Position numbers and translations under genes: made by a program
Assembly: GCA_965226555.1 (NCBI GenBank)
Contig: CBDDDG010000001.1
Span: 64,001 to 128,000 of the forward strand
DNA: 64,000 nt
From: Salinispira sp.
Lineage (GTDB): Bacteria > Spirochaetota > Spirochaetia > DSM-27196 > Salinispiraceae
Reading direction: 5' to 3'
Shown here: positions 8,796 through 18,301 of the stretch, one piece after another
Position numbering within the stretch: position 1 is the first letter of the stretch
Layout: every line of letters begins with the position of its first letter
Notes under the pieces: generated by a model
Databases searched by the model: none
What the model was told of the DNA's origin: nothing
What the model saw: only the letters and a program-made list of their open reading frames with translations

Positions 8796-11440
8796 ATGAG
8801 AATCAAATTTATGGGGGTGGGGGGGTAACTCTCTTCGCATTCTGCTCAATTTTTATTGTATTGATGGCGGGATGTCCCATACCGGAACCGGTGGTGGAAC
8901 CAACGCCGGAACCAACTGTGCCGGGCACCATGGCTGCCCCAAGCCTCGAAGCGGGAGATGGGCAACTCATTGCGACATGGACTGCGCCAACAAATAACGG
9001 CGCCATTACCGGCTATGAGCTGCAATATAGACAATATAGCTCAGACGGCGGAACCACATGGTCGGATCCTCCTATTGAAGTCGCCGCGCCAACCTCAAAG
9101 ACCGTCATTACCGGCCTGAGCAACGGCAGCAGTTATGAAGTACAGGTACGCGCCATAGGCGCGCAGGGCGCAGGCGGCTGGTCGGACAGCGCATTAGCAA
9201 GCCCTGTTGCCGTTCCCGGTGCTCCCGACTTGCCAAGCCTCACCGTGGAAAATGAGCAACTTCGCATTTCATGGGTAGCGCCGACCAACACCGGCGGCAG
9301 CGACATTACCGGCTATGAGCTGCGCTACGCACTAAACAACTCACCCCTGCCGGACGAGCCGCAAATTAGCAACACAAGCAATACCTCTACCATTATGCAA
9401 CTGGAAATTGGCAGCCGCTACACCGTACAGGTGCGAGGCATCAACGCGCAGGGCAGGGGTCCGTGGTCAGAATCCGCAGCGAAAACATTCCCGCTCATTG
9501 CGGCACAGGTGCCGGAGGGTACGGAGGTGTTTGTCATTCTTTCGACTGTTGACAACGCAATTGCCAATGCCGCAAACCCAAACATTACTGTGGTTCCAGT
9601 TACTTCCCCAGCATCAACGGTTGTCTTGCCGACAATTGATGCGGCTACCGGAATTATTATGGTTACCGCAAGCACAAGCCCCGGAACATATACGGTATCG
9701 GGCGCAGACGGAGGAAGCGAACTGTTCACCCCCGAAAAGTTCTCTGTTACCCTGAGTCCTCCTACTAACGCTGAACTGAAAACAGCGGTAACTAATGGAA
9801 TATCAAACTGGGGACAAACTGCCGACCTCAACTACATTCTTACTACGGCAATAACGGACATGTCCGAAGTGTTCAAAGATAAAACCGCATTCAATGGCGA
9901 TATCTCGGGTTGGACTGTCAGTTCGGTAACGGATATGTCGGAAATGTTCCGTGGCGCAGACGCATTCAATCGTGATCTTAATAATTGGACTGTCAGCGCG
10001 GTAACAGATATGTCGGGGATGTTCAATAACGCAGACGCATTCAATCGTGATCTTAATGGCTGGACTGTCAGCGCGGTAACGGATATGTCGGAGATGTTCC
10101 GTGGCGCACGCGCATTCAATGGAAATATCTCGGGCTGGACTGTCAGCGCGGTAACGGATATGTCGGGGATGTTCAATAACGCAAACGCATTCAATGGCGA
10201 CATTTCCGGCTGGACTGTCAGCTCGGTAACGAATATGTCCGATATGTTCCGTGGCGCAGACGCATTCAATGGCAATATCTCGGGCTGGACTGTCAGCGCG
10301 GTAACGGACATGTCGGGGATGTTCAACGGCGCAGGCGCATTCAATGGCGATATCTCGGGCTGGACTGTCAGCGCGGTAACGGATATGTCGGAAATGTTCA
10401 ACGGCGCAACCGCATTCAATCGTGATCTTAATGGCTGGACTGTCAGCGCGGTAACGGATATGTCGGAAATGTTCAACGGCGCAACCGCATTCAATCGTGA
10501 TCTTAATGGCTGGACTGTCAGCGCGGTAACGGATATGTCGGGGATGTTCTATGGCGCAAACACATTCAATGGCGATATCTCAAGCTGGACTGTCAGCGCG
10601 GTAACAGATATGTCGTCGATGTTCAGGAACGCAAACTCATTCAATGGAAATATCTCGGGCTGGACTGTCAGCGCGGTAACGGATATGTCGGGGATGTTCA
10701 GTGACGCAGGCGCATTCAATGGAAATATCTCGGGTTGGGATGTCAGCGCGGTAACAGATATGTCCGATATGTTCCGTGACGCAGACGCATTCAATCGTGA
10801 TCTTAATAATTGGAATGTCAGTAAGGTAACGGATATGTCCTATATGTTCATTGACACAAACACATTCAATGGCGATATCTCAAGCTGGAATGTCAGTTCG
10901 GTAACGGATATGTCGGGGATGTTCACTGCCACAAGCGCATTCAATGGCAATATCTCGGGATGGGATGTCAGTAAGGTAACGGATATGTCGGGGATGTTCT
11001 TTTCCACAGGCGCATTCAATGGCGACATCTCGGGTTGGGATGTCAGTAAGGTAACGGATATGTCGGGGATGTTCGCTATCGCAACCGCATTCAATGGCGA
11101 CATCTCGGGCTGGGATGTCAGTAAGGTAACGAATATGAACAGTATGTTCCTTTTTGCAAGCGCATTCAATGGCAACATTTCCGGTTGGAATGTCAGTTCG
11201 GTAACGACTATGCAGGAGATGTTCTTTTTCGCAAGTGCATTCAATCAGAATCTTACTGCATGGGGCGGGACAGATGCAGGGAGCTTACGGCGTGATCCTA
11301 ATGATAATAGCAAATATGGAGTAACGGTAACGAATATGTTTACGAGTTCCGGCGTAGATACGAATACGGACGGGTCGGATACGTCTAAGCCTACGGGCGT
11401 GGGTGTTCCCAATTGGTATACTGAGATTATTGCCTATTAA
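8796..11440 (+). CDS. Surface lipoprotein with two fibronectin type III domains and ~18 DUF285/BspA-type 25-aa repeats; start out of frame at G-tract 8813-8825
   Basis: GAGGAG RBS + ATG 8796; lipobox LMAG-C in the main frame; FN3 motifs (WTAP...ITGYELQY...YEVQVRA); repeats AFNGDISGWTVSAVTDMSGMF. Confidence 0.85.
9850..11260 (+). repeat. 75-bp coding tandem repeat (~18 units)
   Basis: cgcattcaat...tggactgtcagcgcggtaacggatatgtc recurs every 75 bp. Confidence 0.92.
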
Positions 11441-11559
11441 CGAGTTGCGCTCCACCTCAGGCAGGCGCGGGGCTTGCGACTCCTGCTCGCCATGCGAGTG
11501 TGCACTACTTATGAGACAGCCCCTTACCGGATAATCACCCTTGCAATATACACCCAATA

Positions 11560-12509
11560 ATGACTTTTGCCCGTTATAGATGTAGGAAGAACATTTATGT
11601 GCTTAAAACGTGCACATGGGATAAAACTCATAAGTTCCTGTTTGGCGATGCGGAATCCATATATCAACTGCTGCAATTTGTCGATGATGACTGGATACGG
11701 TATGTTCGCCCTGAGAACATTACTATTGTGAGCAATGAGTTTATCGCCCGGGAGCTCGGAGGCAAGAAGCTGACGAAGCTCATGCGCAAAATATCGGATA
11801 TTGTTGCGAAAATTTCCTTCCGCACCGGGAAGGAAGAGAAAACCGTCTATATCATTCTGGAACATCAATCGACTGTCGATTATTCCATGAGCAGGCGCCT
11901 ATTCTTTTTGAACATTCTCCAGCATGACACTGGCGAAAAGGTGAAGGAGTCCTTGTTAATTATGAGCGATGTGCTCTATAATACACACATCTCAGGGGTG
12001 AATGTTAACGATTACACTATAATTGATACAAAGTTTTGCTCCTGGAAATTGCGCAAGCGCAATTTTCCAATGCAAAACTTTCTATAAAATAGGAGAATGC
12101 TAAGCACAAAGAAAACATTCCAGATCGGAAACTTTTGCTACTGGAAATTGTGCAAGCACAATTTTCCAATGCAAAAGTTTCTGATATGATCACAAAAGAA
12201 GGGATAGAAATACTGTTCCCGTGGCAACTGACCATTTACAAAGAGGTCAAAGCCCAGGTCAAGCAGGAAGTACAGGAAGAAACGAAGGAAGCGCGGCAGG
12301 AAATGCAGGAAGCGCGGCAGGAAATACAGCGGGAAGCGCGGCAGGAAGGGATTCGAGAAGGTCGCGCGGAGGGGCATATTGAGGAGCGGAGAAAAAATGC
12401 CCGCAGTATGTTTTCCAAAGGATTTTCAGCCCATGACATTCAGGATGTTACCGGGCTGAGCGAGGATGAAATTCGAGCATTTCAGCAAAACGAAAACGGT
12501 AAAGCATAA
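11560..12509 (+). pseudogene. Rpn/YhgA-family PD-(D/E)XK nuclease, split and internally deleted
   Basis: DKTHKFLF, SDIV and VYIILEHQSTVD motifs in the 5' ORF; EGIREGRAEG...ARSM...IQDVTGLSEDEI tail in the 3' ORF; two family-A repeats at the break. Confidence 0.8.
12029..12182. repeat. Two family-A palindromic repeats (12029-12083, 12128-12182)
   Basis: aaa[g/c]ttttgct..ctggaaattg[c/t]gcaagc[g/a]caattttccaatgcaaaa[c/g]tttct. Confidence 0.9.
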
Positions 12510-12586
12510 AAGTGTAGCCGCGCGGGCGGCGCAACCCGTGCCGATTCGCCATGCCCCGCGGTCAGGTCAGTCTCGGTCACATACAA

Positions 12587-12612
12587 GTAGAAACTTTTGC
12601 AAAAGTTTCTAC
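12587..12612. repeat. Perfect 26-bp palindrome (collapsed family-A repeat) upstream of a TATAAT box before rpsB
   Basis: gtagaaacttttgcaaaagtttctac; TATAAT at 12618-12623. Confidence 0.85.
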
Positions 12613-12746
12613 ACTACTATAATGAGATTACCAATTTGGGATTGCCAATGAACAAATGGTATGGCATACTACGAAGTAATGAAAATTCCCTTGTTATACG
12701 CGCATTCAACCTGCAGAAAATACAGCGGAATTGTTGAGGAGGATTA

Positions 12747-13721
12747 GTGGCAGTAGTCTCTATGAAGAATCTCCTGGAATCAGGAGTACATTTTGGGCAT
12801 CAGACCAGACGCTGGGACCCGAGAATGAAGAAATTTATTTTTGCCGAACGAAACGGCATTCATATTATCGATTTGCAGAAAACAATTGTCTGCGTCAAAA
12901 CGGCCTACAACGAAATTCGTAAGACGGTACTTCAGAATAAATCTGTTCTCTTTGTCGGTACAAAGCGGCAGGCACAGGAAGCAATTCGGGATCAGGCGGA
13001 ACGCTGCGGTATGTACTTTGTTAACAACCGCTGGCTCGGTGGTATGCTTACAAACTTTTCCACGATAAAACGCTCGCTTGTTCGTCTCAAGAAACTTGAG
13101 AAAATGGAAGTAGACGGTACCTTTGAAAGCCTTACCAAGAAGGAAATAGCTCGGTTCAATAAAAAAACTGCCAAGCTTGAAAAAACTCTCGGCGGCATAA
13201 AGGATATGAAGGAACTGCCCGGTATCATTTTCATTGTTGATACTATGAAGGAATCCATAGCCGTTGCTGAAGCGCGCCGTATGAACATTCCAATAGTTGC
13301 TATAGTCGATACAAACACTAATCCTGAGGGCATTACCTATCCCATACCGGGAAATGATGATGCTATCCGTGCCATTACTCTGTTTACCGAGATTATTGCC
13401 AATGCTGTTATAGAGGCCGATAATGAAGCGGGTCTGCAGATCATTGAAAATCTTGGTGATGATGAAGATATTGTCGAAACAGGAATAAGTATCGATGGCG
13501 AGGAAAAAAGCAGTGAAATTACCATGCCGCTTGCGCAGGTGACTATTTCAGATGAGAAAGCAGATTCAAAAGATGAAAAAACAAGTTTTACTGCCGAAGA
13601 TTACTCCGATTATACCCCAACGGATGATGCAAGTCCTGAACCAGAGCCAAAGCCCCCCAGTGAAATGGCAGTGGTGGATGAGGTCGGCATAGACGAAGAT
13701 AAGCTTTACGAGGACGATTAA
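12747..13721 (+). CDS. rpsB: 30S ribosomal protein S2 with acidic C-terminal tail
   Basis: [33 protein letters not shown]. Confidence 0.99.
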   Translation: MAVVSMKNLLESGVHFGHQTRRWDPRMKKFIFAERNGIHIIDLQKTIVCVKTAYNEIRKTVLQNKSVLFVGTKRQAQEAIRDQAERCGMYFVNNRWLGGMLTNFSTIKRSLVRLKKLEKMEVDGTFESLTKKEIARFNKKTAKLEKTLGGIKDMKELPGIIFIVDTMKESIAVAEARRMNIPIVAIVDTNTNPEGITYPIPGNDDAIRAITLFTEIIANAVIEADNEAGLQIIENLGDDEDIVETGISIDGEEKSSEITMPLAQVTISDEKADSKDEKTSFTAEDYSDYTPTDDASPEPEPKPPSEMAVVDEVGIDEDKLYEDD

Positions 13722-13779
13722 AAAGTTTTGCAAAATGCAAAATGCAAAACGTTCATAGATTTTGTGAGGAGAATAACGA

Positions 13780-14634
13780 GTGGCAATTAGTGCTGATGAT
13801 GTGAAAAGACTCCGGGAAAAAACCGGAGCAGGTATTATGGACTGCAAACGCGCGTTGAAGGAATCGAATGGCGATTTCGTCAGAGCGGAGGAAATACTCA
13901 AGGAGCTCGGACTTGCGGCAGTGGCCAAACGTTCAGGCCGCGCTGCCAAAGAGGGGCGGGTATTTGCCTATGTGGGTGAGAATTCTGCCGGTCTTATGGA
14001 AATAAACTGTGAAACCGATTTTGTTGCGCGCAATGCGGCCTTTATTCGCGCCGGAAATGACCTTGTGAAAACCGCAGTGGAAAACTCCCTTACCATGCAG
14101 GATGCGGCATGTACGGATATTATTTCCAAACTGGCAGCGACCCTTAAGGAGAACATTGCCTTAGGCCGACTGGAAACAATAAAAATTGCCGATAATCAGC
14201 TGGCCTTTCGGTATATTCATGGCGATTCCGGGAATCCGGGAGTGCTCATTGTTCTGGAATTATCGCCAATGAAGAAGGATGAAGCGGTGCTCACTCTGGG
14301 AAAGGAACTTGCCATGCATGCTGCCGCCTTCAATCCGCTGTATATGAATTCTGAAGCTGTCGATGCATCCTACATGAAGGATCAGGAAAAAATCTTCAAG
14401 GCTCAGGCAGAGCAGATGGATAAGCCGCCCACTGTTACTGAAGGTATTATCAAAGGAAAGATGAAAAAACATCTCAAAGAAATTTGTTTTACCGAACAGG
14501 GTTTTGTAAAAGATGAAAAACGTTCAGTTGCCCAAGTGTTAAAAGATACTTCAAAGGATGTTGGGGTTGAAATTACGCTGACATACTATCGGGTGTTCAG
14601 AGTCGGCGAATCACTATCAGAATGTGGAGAATAA
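13780..14634 (+). CDS. tsf: Elongation factor Ts
   Basis: VKRLREKTGAGIMDCKRAL, EINCETDFVA. Confidence 0.99.
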   Translation: MAISADDVKRLREKTGAGIMDCKRALKESNGDFVRAEEILKELGLAAVAKRSGRAAKEGRVFAYVGENSAGLMEINCETDFVARNAAFIRAGNDLVKTAVENSLTMQDAACTDIISKLAATLKENIALGRLETIKIADNQLAFRYIHGDSGNPGVLIVLELSPMKKDEAVLTLGKELAMHAAAFNPLYMNSEAVDASYMKDQEKIFKAQAEQMDKPPTVTEGIIKGKMKKHLKEICFTEQGFVKDEKRSVAQVLKDTSKDVGVEITLTYYRVFRVGESLSECGE

Positions 14635-14636
14635 CG

Positions 14637-15182
14637 ATGGACGGCACCCTGAAATCATGTGAAGAAAGAATGAAGAGAGCTGTTCTGAATTTAGAAGGCG
14701 AGTTCAATAATCTCCGTACCGGACGGGCCAGCACCGCAATTTTTGAGAGGGTAAAGGTCAATTATTACGGCAATCCGACTCCGCTGAACCAAGTTGCAAA
14801 CATTTCCGCTCCTGAAGCTCGCCTAATTGTTATTCAGCCCTGGGATACCAGTCTTATTGGCGAAATTGAGAAGGTTATTCAGAAATCCGAGCTTTCCCTT
14901 AATCCGTCCAGCGATGGAAAAATTATCCGCATTTCCATACCTCCGCTTACCGAAGAACGGCGAAAGGAACTTGTTAAGCATGCAAAGCACATTGCCGAAC
15001 AATCGCGGGTTGCTGTTCGTAACATCCGCCGCGACAGCAACGACGCTCTCAGAAAACTTGATGGTACCAGTGAAGACAGCGTGAAGCGTGCCGAGGAGAA
15101 AATTCAGGAGCTTACCGGTGAGTATATAAAAGAAATTGCTCATCTCCTCAATGTCAAGGAAAAGGAGATTCTGGAGGTTTGA
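14637..15182 (+). CDS. frr: Ribosome recycling factor
   Basis: LRTGRAS, PPLTEERRKELVK, VRNIRRD. Confidence 0.98.
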   Translation: MDGTLKSCEERMKRAVLNLEGEFNNLRTGRASTAIFERVKVNYYGNPTPLNQVANISAPEARLIVIQPWDTSLIGEIEKVIQKSELSLNPSSDGKIIRISIPPLTEERRKELVKHAKHIAEQSRVAVRNIRRDSNDALRKLDGTSEDSVKRAEEKIQELTGEYIKEIAHLLNVKEKEILEV

Positions 15183-15880
15183 AGCAGAATCCTCCGCGGC
15201 ATATTGGTATTATTATGGATGGCAACGGCCGCTGGGCGCAAAGTCGGGGACTTCCCCGTACGCAGGGGCATCAGGAAGGCTTGGTTGCAGCCAAATCAAT
15301 TGTTAAGGCAGCCCGCTTTGCAGGTGTTTCATACATCACACTGTATACTTTTTCTACTGAGAACTGGAAAAGAACAAAGGAAGAAGTTGCTTTTCTCATG
15401 GGGCTGATAAAAAAAAATCTCCGAAAAGAATACCAATTTTATAAGAGCAATGGTATTCGTGTTGTACATTCCGGCGATATTTCCTCACTTCCGGGAGAAA
15501 TTCAGAATGAAATATGTCTGGTTGAGGAAGAGACAGCCGGTTTTTCATCGCTCATTGTGAATCTGGCAATAAACTATGGCGGAAGAGATGAGATTCTGCG
15601 GGCATGCAGGAAGGCTCTGGAAAGTGGGGTTGCTCTTGATAATGTCGGTGAGCAGGATATCAATAGATATCTGGATCAGCCGATGATTCCTGATCTGGAT
15701 CTGGTAATCCGTACGGGCGGAGAACAGCGCCTGAGTAATTTTATGCTGTGGCGATCTTCCTATGCGGAACTGTATTTCACTGAAACACTGTGGCCCGATT
15801 TTTCTCCCGATGAGTTCAATGGTATACTGGAATGGTTTCTGAGCAGAACACGGCGTTTTGGAGGCGGTAATGAACACTGA
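15179..15880 (+). CDS. uppS: Undecaprenyl diphosphate synthase
   Basis: HIGIIMDGNGRWA, FSTENWKR, IRTGGEQRLSNF. Confidence 0.98.
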   Translation: MKQNPPRHIGIIMDGNGRWAQSRGLPRTQGHQEGLVAAKSIVKAARFAGVSYITLYTFSTENWKRTKEEVAFLMGLIKKNLRKEYQFYKSNGIRVVHSGDISSLPGEIQNEICLVEEETAGFSSLIVNLAINYGGRDEILRACRKALESGVALDNVGEQDINRYLDQPMIPDLDLVIRTGGEQRLSNFMLWRSSYAELYFTETLWPDFSPDEFNGILEWFLSRTRRFGGGNEH

Positions 15881-16796
15881 TAGTGCCAGCAAGGGGCGCA
15901 TGGGCGATCCGGATGCGCAGCCTCCGACCAGCCACGGACGCAATTTTTTTCAACGAATCATTCTTTTTATTATCTCTGTGCCCGCAATTTTTGTGCTTGT
16001 CAGCCTTGCCCCGGAAAAGGGGCACTGGCCACTCAATATCACGCTCATTCTCATTTCCATTCCCTGCGCCTTTGAGGCGAGCAGGCTTTTTGCCATGAAC
16101 CCCCACAAGACAGCTCACAGGACATTTGGAATTGTTGTCAACAGCATTGCCTATCCGGTGGTTTCATTTTTGTGGGTTCTGAATGTTATTGAAACACGCC
16201 TGTTGCTTCCCGCCTATATGGCATTGGTAATGAGTGTCATGTTTGTTCAGGTCTTCAATCAACAGCATACGCTGCATAAAATTTCCCGAAACATCGGCAA
16301 GCATCTTGCAATCATAGCCTATCCCAGCCTTTTTATTGCTCATCTCATCATGATCAGTAAAATACCCGGTGCCTCGCAGCTCTATATTGTTCTTCTTCTG
16401 GGAGTGATATTAAATGATACTATGGCCTTTCTCTCGGGAAAGCTGTATAAGCGCTATCATACCTATCCGACAGCGTTGAGCCCGAATAAGACCACCGCAG
16501 GTTTCATTGTTGGTTTTATATTTAGTCCAATTGGTTTTCTCATTGGATATTATATGTTTCCGGAACTCTTCCCCGGGGGGGTACCCGTTGTTCTGATACT
16601 CGGGCTGATGGTTGGCTTTACCACCATCAGCGGCGATCTTATTGAATCGGGCTTGAAGCGTTCAGCCCGGCGCAAGGATTCAGGAGAGGTCATTCTCGGC
16701 CGCGGAGGAATGTTGGACAGTCTTGACAGTATTCTCTATTCGGCGCCGATAGTATTTTATGTGTACCAGCTTACGAACGGTATCTGGGTTATCTAG
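15870..16796 (+). CDS. cdsA: Phosphatidate cytidylyltransferase
   Basis: Multi-TM protein; LSPNKT, GDLIESGLKR, KDSG..GRGGMLDSLDS. Confidence 0.95.
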   Translation: MNTDSASKGRMGDPDAQPPTSHGRNFFQRIILFIISVPAIFVLVSLAPEKGHWPLNITLILISIPCAFEASRLFAMNPHKTAHRTFGIVVNSIAYPVVSFLWVLNVIETRLLLPAYMALVMSVMFVQVFNQQHTLHKISRNIGKHLAIIAYPSLFIAHLIMISKIPGASQLYIVLLLGVILNDTMAFLSGKLYKRYHTYPTALSPNKTTAGFIVGFIFSPIGFLIGYYMFPELFPGGVPVVLILGLMVGFTTISGDLIESGLKRSARRKDSGEVILGRGGMLDSLDSILYSAPIVFYVYQLTNGIWVI

Positions 16797-16810
16797 GAAG
16801 GGAGAAATAC

Positions 16811-18301
16811 ATGGCCATACTATATGGGATTATTGGACTTGGGCTTGTGGTCATTATTCACGAAGCGGGGCATTTTTTTGCGGCGCGCGCCTGCGGGATC
16901 GATGTTGAAGTATTTTCAGTCGGCTGGGGCAGGAAACTCATTGGGTTTAAGAAGGGAAACACGGAATACCGAATTTCAATGATTCCCCTTGGCGGCTTCG
17001 CAAAAATGAAGGGTGAATCTGCGTATAGAGATGCCATTAGCGAGGGGCACACGCGCATTCAGCCTGAGCCCCATTCTTTTTTCAGCGCAACACCTCTGCA
17101 GAGAATTTTTGTGGCGGCAGCCGGCCCGGGAATGAATCTCCTTTTTGCGGTGATATGCTTTTCAATCATTAATCTTGTTGGATATGAATATGCGAGCTTC
17201 CCAAATAAAATTATTCTCAGCGATGATTTTCCTCAATACTATACCCTGCCGACTGATGAACCGGATGCACAGGCACAGGCGGATGCGCAGGCGCAGGCGG
17301 ATGCGCAGCCTCCGACCAGCCCCGGACGCATGGGCGAGCAGGAGGCGCAGCCTCCGACCAGCCCCAGCCCTGCTGCGCGGGCGGGTCTTCGCAGCGGGGA
17401 TCATATCATTGCAGTGAACGGCATTGAAATTGAGAATTTCAACAGGCTCCAGCAGGAAATTTCTCCCCGAGCCCTCGAAGAAGTTACCCTGAGTATTGAC
17501 CGCGGCGGAACGCTGATGCAAACTACCGCATCACTCACACTCGATAATGAGAGCGGTTCAGGTATTCTTGGAGTCTTCCCCTATATTGAGCCAATCATTT
17601 CCCAACCCCAGGAGGCGCAGCCCGATGAAACCGCTTCCTTCAGTCTTCAGTCGGGCGACAAAATTGTTATGATCAACGGACAGAATGTGAATCATATCTA
17701 CGACATACAGATGGTTCTGGACAGTATTCCCCTTAGCAGAGAACAGTCATTTGTTCAGTTGAATATAGAACGGAATGGTTCACAGCGCACTATTCAGCAT
17801 CCCCTCCTGTATGAAGAGGGAGAATTTTCACTGGGTTATTATTTTCAGCAGGATACATACAAAAAACAGTCGGAGGGCCTTCTGAAAGCCATTTCCAGGG
17901 GATGGAAGGAAACAATTTCGGTACTTACGACAACCGTTAAGGGAATCGGTCTCCTTTTCAGAGGACTTGACGCTAATGCCGCATTATCGGGTCCCCTTCG
18001 TATTACCGTCCTTGTCGGAGAGGTTACCGCCCAGAGCTTACAAAGCGGAATTGCCGAGGGTCTGCGCGCCTTTTTTTATCTTCTCAGCCTTATTAGTGTT
18101 GCGCTTGCGTTTGGAAATCTCCTGCCCATACCCATTCTTGACGGCGGACAAATTCTCATATCACTTGTTGAATTATGTAAACGATCACCCGTATCTCCGA
18201 AAATGTTTCTCCGTTATCAAACTGTCGGAGTTATCATCATCATCGGACTCATTGCGTTTGTATTGTTTAATGACCTGCTGTTCATTTTAGGCAGGGCATG
18301 A
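16811..18301 (+). CDS. rseP: RIP metalloprotease RseP
   Basis: HEAGH, PDZ domains, NLLPIPILDGG. Confidence 0.97.
   Translation: MAILYGIIGLGLVVIIHEAGHFFAARACGIDVEVFSVGWGRKLIGFKKGNTEYRISMIPLGGFAKMKGESAYRDAISEGHTRIQPEPHSFFSATPLQRIFVAAAGPGMNLLFAVICFSIINLVGYEYASFPNKIILSDDFPQYYTLPTDEPDAQAQADAQAQADAQPPTSPGRMGEQEAQPPTSPSPAARAGLRSGDHIIAVNGIEIENFNRLQQEISPRALEEVTLSIDRGGTLMQTTASLTLDNESGSGILGVFPYIEPIISQPQEAQPDETASFSLQSGDKIVMINGQNVNHIYDIQMVLDSIPLSREQSFVQLNIERNGSQRTIQHPLLYEEGEFSLGYYFQQDTYKKQSEGLLKAISRGWKETISVLTTTVKGIGLLFRGLDANAALSGPLRITVLVGEVTAQSLQSGIAEGLRAFFYLLSLISVALAFGNLLPIPILDGGQILISLVELCKRSPVSPKMFLRYQTVGVIIIIGLIAFVLFNDLLFILGRA

Noticed and set aside
9832..11244. Minus-strand repeat ORFs, or the 75-bp repeats as a diversity-generating retroelement target
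   Set aside because: Shadows of the DUF285 repeats; there is no reverse transcriptase and no adenine-specific TR/VR pair.
12510..12745. tRNA or structured ncRNA upstream of rpsB
   Set aside because: No cloverleaf or T-loop seen; an S2 leader is plausible but cannot be supported by eye.
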